This document shows, piece by piece, positions 53,301 to 60,378 of a DNA stretch of 64,000 bases. The notes under the pieces are model-generated. The model worked only from the letters and a program-made list of their open reading frames with translations, did not search any database and was not told where the DNA came from. A program made the translations under genes and the position numbers. Source of the stretch: a virus; IMG/VR virus record IMGVR_UViG_3300027741_000001; one strand, written 5' to 3'. Numbering within the stretch: position 1 is the stretch's first letter; each line of letters begins with the position of its first letter.

Positions 53301-56300
53301 TACCCATAACAGAGCCGACTTCAGCTGCAAGTTTTTCAAGAGTCTCTACGGTCTTAGGCTTTTTATTCTTAAGACGTCCGTAGGTGTGAGCATTATCTGA
53401 GTCAGTTAGACCCTTCTTAATAGTCTCTAGACGTTCCATAACCTTAGCAGGTTTGATTACGTACTTTCTACGTAGGTCAAGCATACGCTTAAGATCCCTG
53501 ATGTCGTCGACTGCTCCGTCGATGATTCTTCTACCATCGGCATTTACAAGATCTCTGTGATTAGCAACAAAAGCTGCTAAACGAGTCAGAGCGTAGCGAG
53601 ATCTACGAGCAGCATTCTTACGAGCTTGTCTATTAACATATTGCTTTACTTCTTCTTGATCTTTTTCTTCAGCAAGAATCTCTTTACGAGCTTCATCGGT
53701 TGGCTTGTAGTCTTCCCAGCCTTCAGGGGCATTAGGTCTGCCAATAAGATCCATCAGGTTTAGGTCATTAATAGACGCTCCGCCTTCAATGGCTTTCTTT
53801 ATTAGAATACTGTCGTGAGCATCTTCACGAGCTTTAAGTTCAGAGATGATTTGAGTACTTACCTCGTATACGTTCATCCTAGGAACGGCTTTGACAATTG
53901 CAGCAATTTCTCTGTCGCTTGCTAATCCCTTGTCAAAGATACGTTCGATGCTGGCAAGCATTCTGTCAGATGCACCGTCAAAATCTCTAGCAACTAGCCC
54001 GTACTTGTTCTTAGGCTTGTACTGCTCTTTGAATGGATGCTCCTTGAATGTGTAATACCATTCACGGATCTCGCGAGCATTCATGTCTTTGTAGTTGTCC
54101 ATAAACTCTTGGACTAAATCTTGAGGAATATCTCTATCCTCTAAGAATCTTTCAATACCAACAAGTTGGCCATCGCTAGGGCCCATAGCTTCTTGAGGAA
54201 CGTTGCTGCTAAGGTACTTAGGACTTTCAGTAGGCTGATCTGCTAGCCAGTAGTCAGGCTTACCGTTTACAGTGTTCTCGGCTGCTCTAAGTTTTTCTAA
54301 TTCAGCTATTTCTTCTGGAGTAGGTTCTGGAGCCTGAGGTGGTTTAAAAGGTAGACTATAAGCTTTTTCGTGAAGTTGATCGTACTCTGCCCTGGTTAGG
54401 GTGTTGTCATCGATCTTTTTTCTGATCTCTTCTGCTTCTTGTTTACTCCAGTTTTTGTTATCTAAAGCCCAATTTAGGAATGATTTTTGAAGCCATGAAG
54501 CCATGCCTTTTTCAGGTGAGGTAAGTTCACGGAAGTTCTTTTCAATATACGCTGCAAGATCATTTACTTCTTTTACAGTGTGCTCTTCAGGATTCTTTCT
54601 GATCGCTCTAACTTTATCCCAAAGCTCTGGCTCATCTTGAACGTATCTAGAGTTTAGGATTGCAACTAGACGACGGACCTGACCCTCGTTAGGAATGAAG
54701 TCATCATTAACTCTGTTTTGAGAAGGACCTAAATCTGTATTCTTTGCTTCTTTAGAATTTACATATTTTGTTAAAGCTGAGTGCAGTCTAGATACATAGT
54801 AGGTGTCATCGTTAAACTTGTTTGGCTCATCTTCGGATGCAACATGCATCTCGTAGTATATTTCTGCAACAGCTTTTCGAGTTTTTTCTGCACTTCTACC
54901 GTTAGTAATATCGAAATCTTTAAACTCCGAGTACAAACTGAATCTATGTAGATTATCTGGAAGTTTAAACCAGTCTCTAAGAGCTTGAGTAAGAACCTCA
55001 TTTTCATCTTCACCAGGATAGATAGGGTGTGTCTTTAGAGGACCCATGCGTTTATCTACAATTTGAACGCTTCTTAGGTTATCTCCAGAATCAACAATTC
55101 TGGCAGAAATATCAGATCTTGAACCCTGTCCAGCCCAAAAACCATTGTCATTAAACTTTGGAGTGGTAAAGTCTCCAGGATAAGTGTCCTGTAGGAACTG
55201 TGCAATGATTGCATCAGCTTTCTTGATCATGTCAGAACCTGGGCCGAAGTAATCGTACTGGAAACGTTCTGATGGGTCTAGCTTAGAATACATCTCTCTT
55301 TGGTAGTCCGGAACGTTGGCAATGTTAGGGTTAAACAGCGGGTCTAAAGCTTCTAGATATTTAATAGCATGGACCTGGTCTTCAACCTGCTCCCAGTTAA
55401 AGAATGGAACCTGAGTGTCCATAGTGAAGTCACTATTGCCGTCACGTTCGGTTAGGGTATACACACCGTCAGACATAATTGGTTGGAATGAAACGTCTCC
55501 AGTTCTTTGGTCATACACCAAAGCAACGTCTGATTGACCATATCCGTAAGTTACGCGGAATCTGCGATCTTTAGATAAGTATGTGTTGTCTCCAATTTTG
55601 TTCCAGCCTTCTGGCATGGAACCATCTGGATCATTTTCGTTTTTGCCAGTAGATTCTGGCTTAGGCTCTTCTTCTGGAGTTTCTCGGTTTTGACTAGGAA
55701 CAACTGCTTCTACAGCAGGTTTTTCTTCAGGAGTTAGATCCTGGTTATCTTTATCTCCGAAACGATCATCTTCATCTCCAGCAATCTTCTGTACGCCAGC
55801 CCAGTCTTGTGCAAAACCAATAGGGCTTTTATTTCCCTTAGCACGCTTTGAACCCCAAACAGTAATAACTGGCTTAGTCATGTCTAGGTTTTCAGTACCA
55901 TCGGTGCCTACTATTTCTAGGCTATCGCCATACGCTTCTTTAGCTTTTTCTACAAAACTTTCAGTAACTTTATTAGGCTTATTTACCACAGAAGCGGTGT
56001 AGCCATCAGCTGAATCGTAGACTGCGTCAGAGTGAAGTTCATTACCGGTAAAAGTTGAACTAGTCGGAGTATACGGACTCTTTACCCAGCCTTCTGGCAT
56101 ATCAGCAACAACAAGATCTTTAATATCAACAATGTCGTTATCATTTGGAACCGCTTTTCCAACTGGAAGATCTTTAACTGCTTCGGCAGGTAGAATAGCT
56201 GCAACGGCTTCAAAAGCTGACGCTGGAATTTTGTAAAGTCCATTTTTTAAACCCGGAATATCTGTAATTTCAAAGTCTATGTAGCCACCATTTTCAGAGT

Positions 56301-57054
56301 AACCTGCAACTTTACCTGTAACGCTTCTAACGTCTCCTTTAGGAAAACGTACGTTTACTTTTCCACCGCCACCCATTTCGATCCATCGACCCTTAGAGTC
56401 ACGGAGCTGACGCTTGGCACGAAGTGAACGCCAGAAGCTCGAGTTCTTACCTTTGAAAACATTCATTGCTGAGTGGTAAGCACTCTTTACTTTACTTAAG
56501 AGACCGGCTGTAAGAGGGCTAACAAGTACGTCAATTGGCAGACTTCCAGCTGGAAGAGCTAGTAGACGTGTGTATGCGTGTTGAAATTGTACGTCCATTG
56601 GGTGGGCACCGTAAACAGATGCAACTAGTGAACGAACTTCTTCATCTTCAATACGTGGATCTGCTGAGTACCAAGCACCACGTCGAGTACGAAACGTAAT
56701 TGGATCAAGTGACAACTCAGCTGTAGAACTTGGGTGGTATTCAGGTAGTAGATCGGTGTTACGGTCTTGACCGTTAGGACGTGGGCCTTCTGTAGCCAAA
56801 CTAAGGAAATGCGAAAGCTCACGAAGAACGTTGAAGTAACGTACGTCGGTAGTAAGATTTTCTGCTGCAGAAGCAGTGAGTGATCTCAATGCAACAGTTT
56901 CTAATTGCTGTTCGGTGACTCTACGAATCTCTTCAACTCGAGCATTCTGCTCTAGCGTGAAGTTAAAGATCAGCTCGGATACAGAGATATCCTCTGGCAT
57001 CTCGACTGATAGCTGGTCATCAAACTGCTTAATTAGATTAATTTTCTTACTCAC
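47356..57054 (-). CDS. Giant (3232 aa) polyvalent protein: DEDDh exonuclease, UvrD-like SF1 helicase, ArdC-like antirestriction (ssDNA-binding + zincin) module
   Basis: DFETTG...GHNVADYD...HNAAND (~52440-53020). Helicase motifs ALAGTGKTT, AFNKAIA, IDEAQD, VGDPHQSIYQFRGA, TAHRAKGLE, YVAVTR (~49640-51550). ArdC IPWKKPW...YKGGNL...AFWSP..D.VSLP...F...TLFHELVHSTG..RLDR...REELIAEIGA...AYVQSW (~47690-48570). Confidence 0.88.
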   Translation of the reverse strand: MSKKINLIKQFDDQLSVEMPEDISVSELIFNFTLEQNARVEEIRRVTEQQLETVALRSLTASAAENLTTDVRYFNVLRELSHFLSLATEGPRPNGQDRNTDLLPEYHPSSTAELSLDPITFRTRRGAWYSADPRIEDEEVRSLVASVYGAHPMDVQFQHAYTRLLALPAGSLPIDVLVSPLTAGLLSKVKSAYHSAMNVFKGKNSSFWRSLRAKRQLRDSKGRWIEMGGGGKVNVRFPKGDVRSVTGKVAGYSENGGYIDFEITDIPGLKNGLYKIPASAFEAVAAILPAEAVKDLPVGKAVPNDNDIVDIKDLVVADMPEGWVKSPYTPTSSTFTGNELHSDAVYDSADGYTASVVNKPNKVTESFVEKAKEAYGDSLEIVGTDGTENLDMTKPVITVWGSKRAKGNKSPIGFAQDWAGVQKIAGDEDDRFGDKDNQDLTPEEKPAVEAVVPSQNRETPEEEPKPESTGKNENDPDGSMPEGWNKIGDNTYLSKDRRFRVTYGYGQSDVALVYDQRTGDVSFQPIMSDGVYTLTERDGNSDFTMDTQVPFFNWEQVEDQVHAIKYLEALDPLFNPNIANVPDYQREMYSKLDPSERFQYDYFGPGSDMIKKADAIIAQFLQDTYPGDFTTPKFNDNGFWAGQGSRSDISARIVDSGDNLRSVQIVDKRMGPLKTHPIYPGEDENEVLTQALRDWFKLPDNLHRFSLYSEFKDFDITNGRSAEKTRKAVAEIYYEMHVASEDEPNKFNDDTYYVSRLHSALTKYVNSKEAKNTDLGPSQNRVNDDFIPNEGQVRRLVAILNSRYVQDEPELWDKVRAIRKNPEEHTVKEVNDLAAYIEKNFRELTSPEKGMASWLQKSFLNWALDNKNWSKQEAEEIRKKIDDNTLTRAEYDQLHEKAYSLPFKPPQAPEPTPEEIAELEKLRAAENTVNGKPDYWLADQPTESPKYLSSNVPQEAMGPSDGQLVGIERFLEDRDIPQDLVQEFMDNYKDMNAREIREWYYTFKEHPFKEQYKPKNKYGLVARDFDGASDRMLASIERIFDKGLASDREIAAIVKAVPRMNVYEVSTQIISELKAREDAHDSILIKKAIEGGASINDLNLMDLIGRPNAPEGWEDYKPTDEARKEILAEEKDQEEVKQYVNRQARKNAARRSRYALTRLAAFVANHRDLVNADGRRIIDGAVDDIRDLKRMLDLRRKYVIKPAKVMERLETIKKGLTDSDNAHTYGRLKNKKPKTVETLEKLAAEVGSVMGRDGYHNSPFENDYDPSLEDEVDHSTSAEVFEPNPVESPEIPVDTDPVPGIIDYSNHPNKPRPPARVKPKAFWGVVRDWMAGAKNWDDVTEALRDKVLHFIDFETTGIFDPLQPHVKNDPIQIAIYKVVNGEIVDKFISYMNPGSPLSSWSMANIKDDKGNRVTPEWIASLPTKSEVIAKALEFLGPDAVLAGHNVADYDLEVLNRTLKEAGLAEYSPAGMIDTLGLADHIYNVFNKKTNLGGPYKVGDFGIHGSTALEALGRYEGIPSNSLHNAANDLELNVKLLGQMLKRAKSGTDLIKDNIFDLDASDNDYDAKLAKYIPGYEAFVERALKFIADRAVERAARGDEPDPKDLEQEARNALNSTSPEGTPTNDRPTFSSLFPPKPDDGEQPLTESNVIDDPLNKIRKPSPKQLKSVERRLLDPRDIVSAERREEIWKLLPNVNSNEIGDLVKEMDGLELDYAIANNLDVDGLRVPTGYDLDKLNAYLDEKYPDRHKKSGPSQLREGVNQQSTLSRLSYAMTNLQDALSSTSSPAEKRAINSAIKKLEQAAQDVIDAPSQNRERPEDTKNKAELATGRHDIEFLDKEYTDQQKDAIEAGIRGWSVVIKALAGTGKTTTLIGLAKAILHYFPKKRILAMAFNKAIADENRLKFPGNTEIRTMDSVSFKAPVNSKLSKKFIAMKKQSDAKNRPINGFLDIADYFKIPNEVELGNGKRISKFLAVKITLKGLNNWTISADDMIERKHFDDAIGEKIGGPEAYTPFFLELAQKIWKEKLEPHDDSVRQIPVTFNDMMKNFALSHPNLKEVNSKGESAHGLGAIPDIILIDEAQDVNGVFFRLMDEQETLHNNGIQLVVVGDPHQSIYQFRGAVNSLNMFRRMVTLPLTMMFRAGQDVADFANQVLEIKDEDDERLVGNPNKTSSLATPGSMTDADMILTTTNADALLEIMTMVGRGQRAGVIREFKAEMNSFLATAKWLFFGANPKYRPSNAHEDLDSYDSWKQMLELHQEDSDPAVGRLLGIMELTQARLEEQERDNDGKAVFAELKRTVDGARIIGIQGFKKPSDGNWGDEGDLGNFISYKIENGAIRLYNTGDAKPWTPELKNPNNGTKNNSDTLSSMGYTWDTGKTWDWTTPVQGNGSEQLSALVDALSGADVDSVVLTAHRAKGLEAKQVKLSGTWFKPNPQKDADAIEKGNMPRSLTTEALNLMYVAVTRTMDELDPGMLDWLDGKIEEFKSKRKDYLRQLEARSDKSPDQPTSQNTESSGPEIVEVDPNTLQKGDTVVTAKGNKRIKMISRHDSDEVSVFFEAIDGGGGASYVNGQQAKKVIGGPSQNREGATNPDSKYDYTANWNTEYLGGPEGNDYKHTWSSPDGKYEATISNDAIQVRKNGTTIFQGDNSIDAKSDPENVKESSLDIVAKAIESDSDSTPNKSASEQPVMSEEEINAAYDEAIQAEYDYQMSLEPISRDPQYPGGERGLKELTEAVHAAERMTAEIETPVLDPIPNGLDPEEYVAQLRSALPNKRVELYTDENGDKFVKVSEVANKSGIFGASEAIFGWKDLEDNGPSQNRENSKPIKSNKDAVDQVMAQITEAMDKGIIPWKKPWTGGGSYLPTSGATGKNYKGGNLVILEVLSQFRGYKGTRWYTKNAIAKLGGYVDENDGVLITKVVKSKYTVKPDETKTIIDPKTGDQKPDDGSRTKTRLDIDVVYNEDVVKGITIPPLPRKDPPPMHEVEDIILASYTGGPNIQYAPGDSAFWSPQTDTVSLPLREQFNSTEEHLDTLFHELVHSTGDPQRLDRKDLLDNYGKHKDVRAREELIAEIGAAILASMFGINTSIENVAAYVQSWKRFLETEPNALFEAASMASKAVDYILAGYYEDNPDEEYDPTNQPGATSMPIEPVTGEDGSSGGLGGGVNYRIEGNRIFLMGDTMAAKDLIKSVSLVPKDKKIPFSFFWDRKANNWSISLADPEDRVNILNQLKALLGG

Positions 57055-57071
57055 CGGAAAAATCTTTCTTA

Positions 57072-58229
57072 CTACTTAGTTGGTAAAAGGTCTGCATCTT
57101 TGCTTTTATACAGATCGGTAACTAGCTTTACTGCACGATCGAAAGGAGGCTCAAACTCGTTGATTGCTCTCTTCCAGACAGCGCGTATTGCTGGAACTAC
57201 TTCATACCCTAAACCTGAATATTCAGCTAGAGAGTAAATTGCATCTTCTGGACTGCTGTAGTCCATTTCAGATTTAATAGAGATGGCAAGATCTCTACTG
57301 GCAGCAATAGATGCAGTCAGGCCTTGACTAGTGTCTACTGTGCTGCAAGGGTGGCTAGTAGGTAGCAAATCATTGTCCTGCGTATAACGCGCATTTGATG
57401 GACGCTTATTTTCTACCAGAGATAGGAATGCTTGTACTCTAGCTTCTGCCCAAGTAGATAGTTCGGTGTCTGGCTTACCGCTAGCGGTGAAGGCACGAAC
57501 ACCTCGTCTATATACTGCACGCAAAGTCGCGATTGAGACAAGATCATCTAAATCTTTTCCAGCATTGTGCTCTTTGGTCCAACGTGAAAGTTGTTTTTCA
57601 GTTTCATTTGAAAAGGTAACTTTTTTAGTTAGGTAAGCATTGTCATTCTTTGCAGCGGAAACGTAAACAGGAGTTGCAGGCTGATCTACCACATCTTGCG
57701 ATGCTGTTATAGGTAGGTCAGCCTCAGATTTTCCCAAGTCGCCCTGAGCTGTTGAATCAGCTCCAATGATTGTGCCTAGCTGCCATGCCCACTTGTTGTG
57801 CTGGTCATCGCGTTCAGCTAGGAAGTTTGCAATACCCTGCTCGTTAAGAGCATTGGCAATATCAAAAGCAGCTCTGATTACGCTGATAATGTAAGCATTT
57901 GCTTGGTAAAGAGATGCAGACATGTCAACTGGATCAGCTGAAACTGGAGTTGCTTGAATTCCTGTAAGAGATGCGTAGTCAGTTAGCAAGAATGGTGCAT
58001 CAAATCCTAGTTTGCGAATGTTTTCTGCAAAAGGGTCGATTGCACCGTCTGCATCTTCATAGATTTCTGCAAACTTGTCGTGGAACTGTGGAAAGTTGAT
58101 TCCACGTACGTTCCAGTGGTAGCCGTGTGATAGAAATTTGAAAGTTACTGTATCTGAGAGCAGAACAGCTAGCATCTGAGCAAGATCTTGCTTAGTAGCC
58201 GGGACTTCCTGAGTAATTGATAAATCCAT
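57072..58229 (-). CDS. dps: Dps (ferritin-like, DNA protection) domain fused to a phage head-associated C-terminal domain
   Basis: HGYHWNVRGINFPQFHDKFAEIYE...DPFAENIRKLG...HNKWAWQL Dps signature; C-terminal LRAVYRRGVRAF...WAEARVQAFL...DNDLLPTSHP. Confidence 0.85.
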   Translation of the reverse strand: MDLSITQEVPATKQDLAQMLAVLLSDTVTFKFLSHGYHWNVRGINFPQFHDKFAEIYEDADGAIDPFAENIRKLGFDAPFLLTDYASLTGIQATPVSADPVDMSASLYQANAYIISVIRAAFDIANALNEQGIANFLAERDDQHNKWAWQLGTIIGADSTAQGDLGKSEADLPITASQDVVDQPATPVYVSAAKNDNAYLTKKVTFSNETEKQLSRWTKEHNAGKDLDDLVSIATLRAVYRRGVRAFTASGKPDTELSTWAEARVQAFLSLVENKRPSNARYTQDNDLLPTSHPCSTVDTSQGLTASIAASRDLAISIKSEMDYSSPEDAIYSLAEYSGLGYEVVPAIRAVWKRAINEFEPPFDRAVKLVTDLYKSKDADLLPTK

Positions 58230-58246
58230 TGGATTTTCTCCTTAGT

Positions 58247-60052
58247 TTATTGTTGAGGGGTTGTTGTTGGTTCGGCTAGCTGAATCGGTGGGGCCGCTTC
58301 TGCTGGTTGAGCCGCTTCAGGAGCGGCAGGGGCTGCTTCAGGTGCCCCTGTAGGGGCTTCTGCGCCCGGTTGGACGCCTTGAAGCATTTGAGAGACATCC
58401 TGAGGCATTGGAGCAACGCTGGAGGCCTGTTGAGCCTCTCTAGCCTTTGCCATCATCTCTGGTGCCACTGCCGAAAGCAAAGCTTCCGTCAATTCTGGTG
58501 TAATTACACCCTTTTCGACCAAAAGACGTAGTCCGAGCTCCGTTGGGCCAGGTGCATCTTGGTCGGTGAAGCCGTGTGCACGTCTCCATGTGTCGTAAGA
58601 CACTGCCATCTTGTCAAAACCAGAGTCAGCATCCAATGCACGGTCATTACGGGTCGCTACAGCACTTGGATCGTACCAAATTACTACTCTTTCAACGTCT
58701 GCAGGGTTATAGCCGTTGGCTAGAAGGTAAGGACGTAGGTAAACAACAGTAAAAGCGTCTGCCATAAGCAACATTAGAGGTTCAATGTGTGCTTTGTAAA
58801 GACTTTCGTCAATTTGTACCGCATTTGAGTACTTTACGTTGGCTAGACCGGTAACAATGTCCTTAGGGACGTCGATTCCCTGCAAAATACGCTCCAAAAC
58901 GCGGTCAGAACGCTCTGCAAGGGCTGGATCGAAGCTACGCTCGAACTTGAACTGCTTGATCTTGTCACCAAGGTCTGCTGGGCCACGAATAATTAGTGGA
59001 ACTACCGCGCTGGCTGAATCTTCATCGCGAATCGGGGTTGTCATCGCGTCAATTAGCTGATCCTCGAACTCATCTTGCAATTCTTCGGGGGTTGGATCAG
59101 AATAAAGACCGTCAGCGTCCTCGTAAGGGTAGTTTGGGTCAGGTGTAGAGGCTACAGATAGGCCATCCGGTAGATAGAGCGCACCAGCGTTCAGACGGGA
59201 ACGCGCCGTTGCACGGAATGTGCGGTTTAGAAGTAGCAATTCGGCACATAGATCAAGCATTCCCTTTAAACTGGAATCAGCTTCGTCAGAAAAACGTGGG
59301 TGAGCCCTCCAAATACGTCCAACGAACGCGTTTGGAGCAAGTTTGATAATATTTTTGTTGGTAGAAGACATTGGAGAGTTACCTTGATTGTAATCTCTAC
59401 GTCCAGCAATCAAATAATTGCCTTTTCCGTCAACGCTGAGCTCGTCTACAGATCGGATATCCCAGGACTCTGGAACGTTTGAGCCAACACGGGCAGGAGA
59501 CTGGACCAAATAGCATTCTCCGGTAACTGCAAGATTCAAAGCACAATCACGAAGAAGACCGGCCTGGCCTCCGTATGCTGAGTCTAAACGTGCAAGGGCA
59601 CGTTCTGCAGCGGAAGCTAGGTCTGCTGAAAGATTGTCTGCTAAACGTACAGGAACTGGAGCTTCAGCAGGGTCTTGAATAACAGCTGCATAAAGACGGA
59701 TACGAGAAACAACGCTAGAAACTAGGTTGAAAGCGTATTTGATCTCGCCAATTGCATCATAGTACTCCCAAGCGTCTGACTGCCAGCTAGAAGATGTTGA
59801 AGTTCTGCGACTACGGAAGCGTTCTGCTTCTCCACGGTCATTAAGTGGGACCTGAACTGCAGCTGCAGTAAGTGGACGTATAGAAGAGTATGGAGCTGAC
59901 TGAACAGGGGCATAGTTAGGGTTTAGAAAAACTGAGTTAGACGGGAGACCAGTTGGGTTGGTAGTTGCACGCTGGTTGGCAGAGGTTGCTCGAATGCCTG
60001 GACGTGACTGTTTAGGATTTTTATCATCCTGGTTACGGCTAAAGATGCCCAA
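58247..60052 (-). CDS. Portal protein
   Basis: WQSDAWEYYDAIGEIKYA...SRIRLYAA...GECYLV...RIWRAHPR...ADS...RSRL.AG.L.LP...SASAVVPLII...IWYDPS cluster-B-like portal motifs; TTG start with RBS aggag. Confidence 0.88.
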   Translation of the reverse strand: MGIFSRNQDDKNPKQSRPGIRATSANQRATTNPTGLPSNSVFLNPNYAPVQSAPYSSIRPLTAAAVQVPLNDRGEAERFRSRRTSTSSSWQSDAWEYYDAIGEIKYAFNLVSSVVSRIRLYAAVIQDPAEAPVPVRLADNLSADLASAAERALARLDSAYGGQAGLLRDCALNLAVTGECYLVQSPARVGSNVPESWDIRSVDELSVDGKGNYLIAGRRDYNQGNSPMSSTNKNIIKLAPNAFVGRIWRAHPRFSDEADSSLKGMLDLCAELLLLNRTFRATARSRLNAGALYLPDGLSVASTPDPNYPYEDADGLYSDPTPEELQDEFEDQLIDAMTTPIRDEDSASAVVPLIIRGPADLGDKIKQFKFERSFDPALAERSDRVLERILQGIDVPKDIVTGLANVKYSNAVQIDESLYKAHIEPLMLLMADAFTVVYLRPYLLANGYNPADVERVVIWYDPSAVATRNDRALDADSGFDKMAVSYDTWRRAHGFTDQDAPGPTELGLRLLVEKGVITPELTEALLSAVAPEMMAKAREAQQASSVAPMPQDVSQMLQGVQPGAEAPTGAPEAAPAAPEAAQPAEAAPPIQLAEPTTTPQQ

Positions 60053-60090
60053 AATTTTCTCCTGTCATTAAGAGCGGAACGTTGCTATGG

Positions 60091-60378
60091 TTAAGCACGT
60101 GCGGCCAAGATTCCGACAACTGCAGACAGGGCAAAAGGTAATGCTCCGATTAAAGTTATCGTTGGTACTATTGTATATGAAATTGTGATTAGTGATGCAA
60201 CCCAGACGCTTGTACACCAGTCGCAGGTAAAGAGGTAGCCTAGCCTTGTGGAAGGCGGAAATTTTTTCCAAATCCACTGTCTAGGAGCGTCAAAAATGAC
60301 GTCGGTAGTAACTAGCCGAGTAAATCTAAAAGTGGCAAGGGCAAGAATGATGAACGTTAGGTATGGGTCATTAAGCAA
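60091..60378 (-). CDS. DUF1360-like membrane protein
   Basis: LALATFRFTRLVTTDVIFDAPR...LFTCDWCTSVWVA with hydrophobic helices. Confidence 0.75.
   Translation of the reverse strand: MLNDPYLTFIILALATFRFTRLVTTDVIFDAPRQWIWKKFPPSTRLGYLFTCDWCTSVWVASLITISYTIVPTITLIGALPFALSAVVGILAARA

Noticed and set aside
28858-57054. Inteins as an explanation for the giant size (segments like KAEDLKPGMV and PNTLQKGDTVVT resemble Hint strands)
   Set aside because: I found no Cys/Ser-start block with a matching HN-[CST] end and no LAGLIDADG motif; these are more likely KOW/SH3-like units.
28858-57054. Virion RNA polymerase (N4- or crAss-like) as the identity of the giant proteins
   Set aside because: I saw no DxDGD/DFDxD or T7-like polymerase motifs in a credible context; the recognisable domains are other enzymes. 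Unassigned stretches remain untested.
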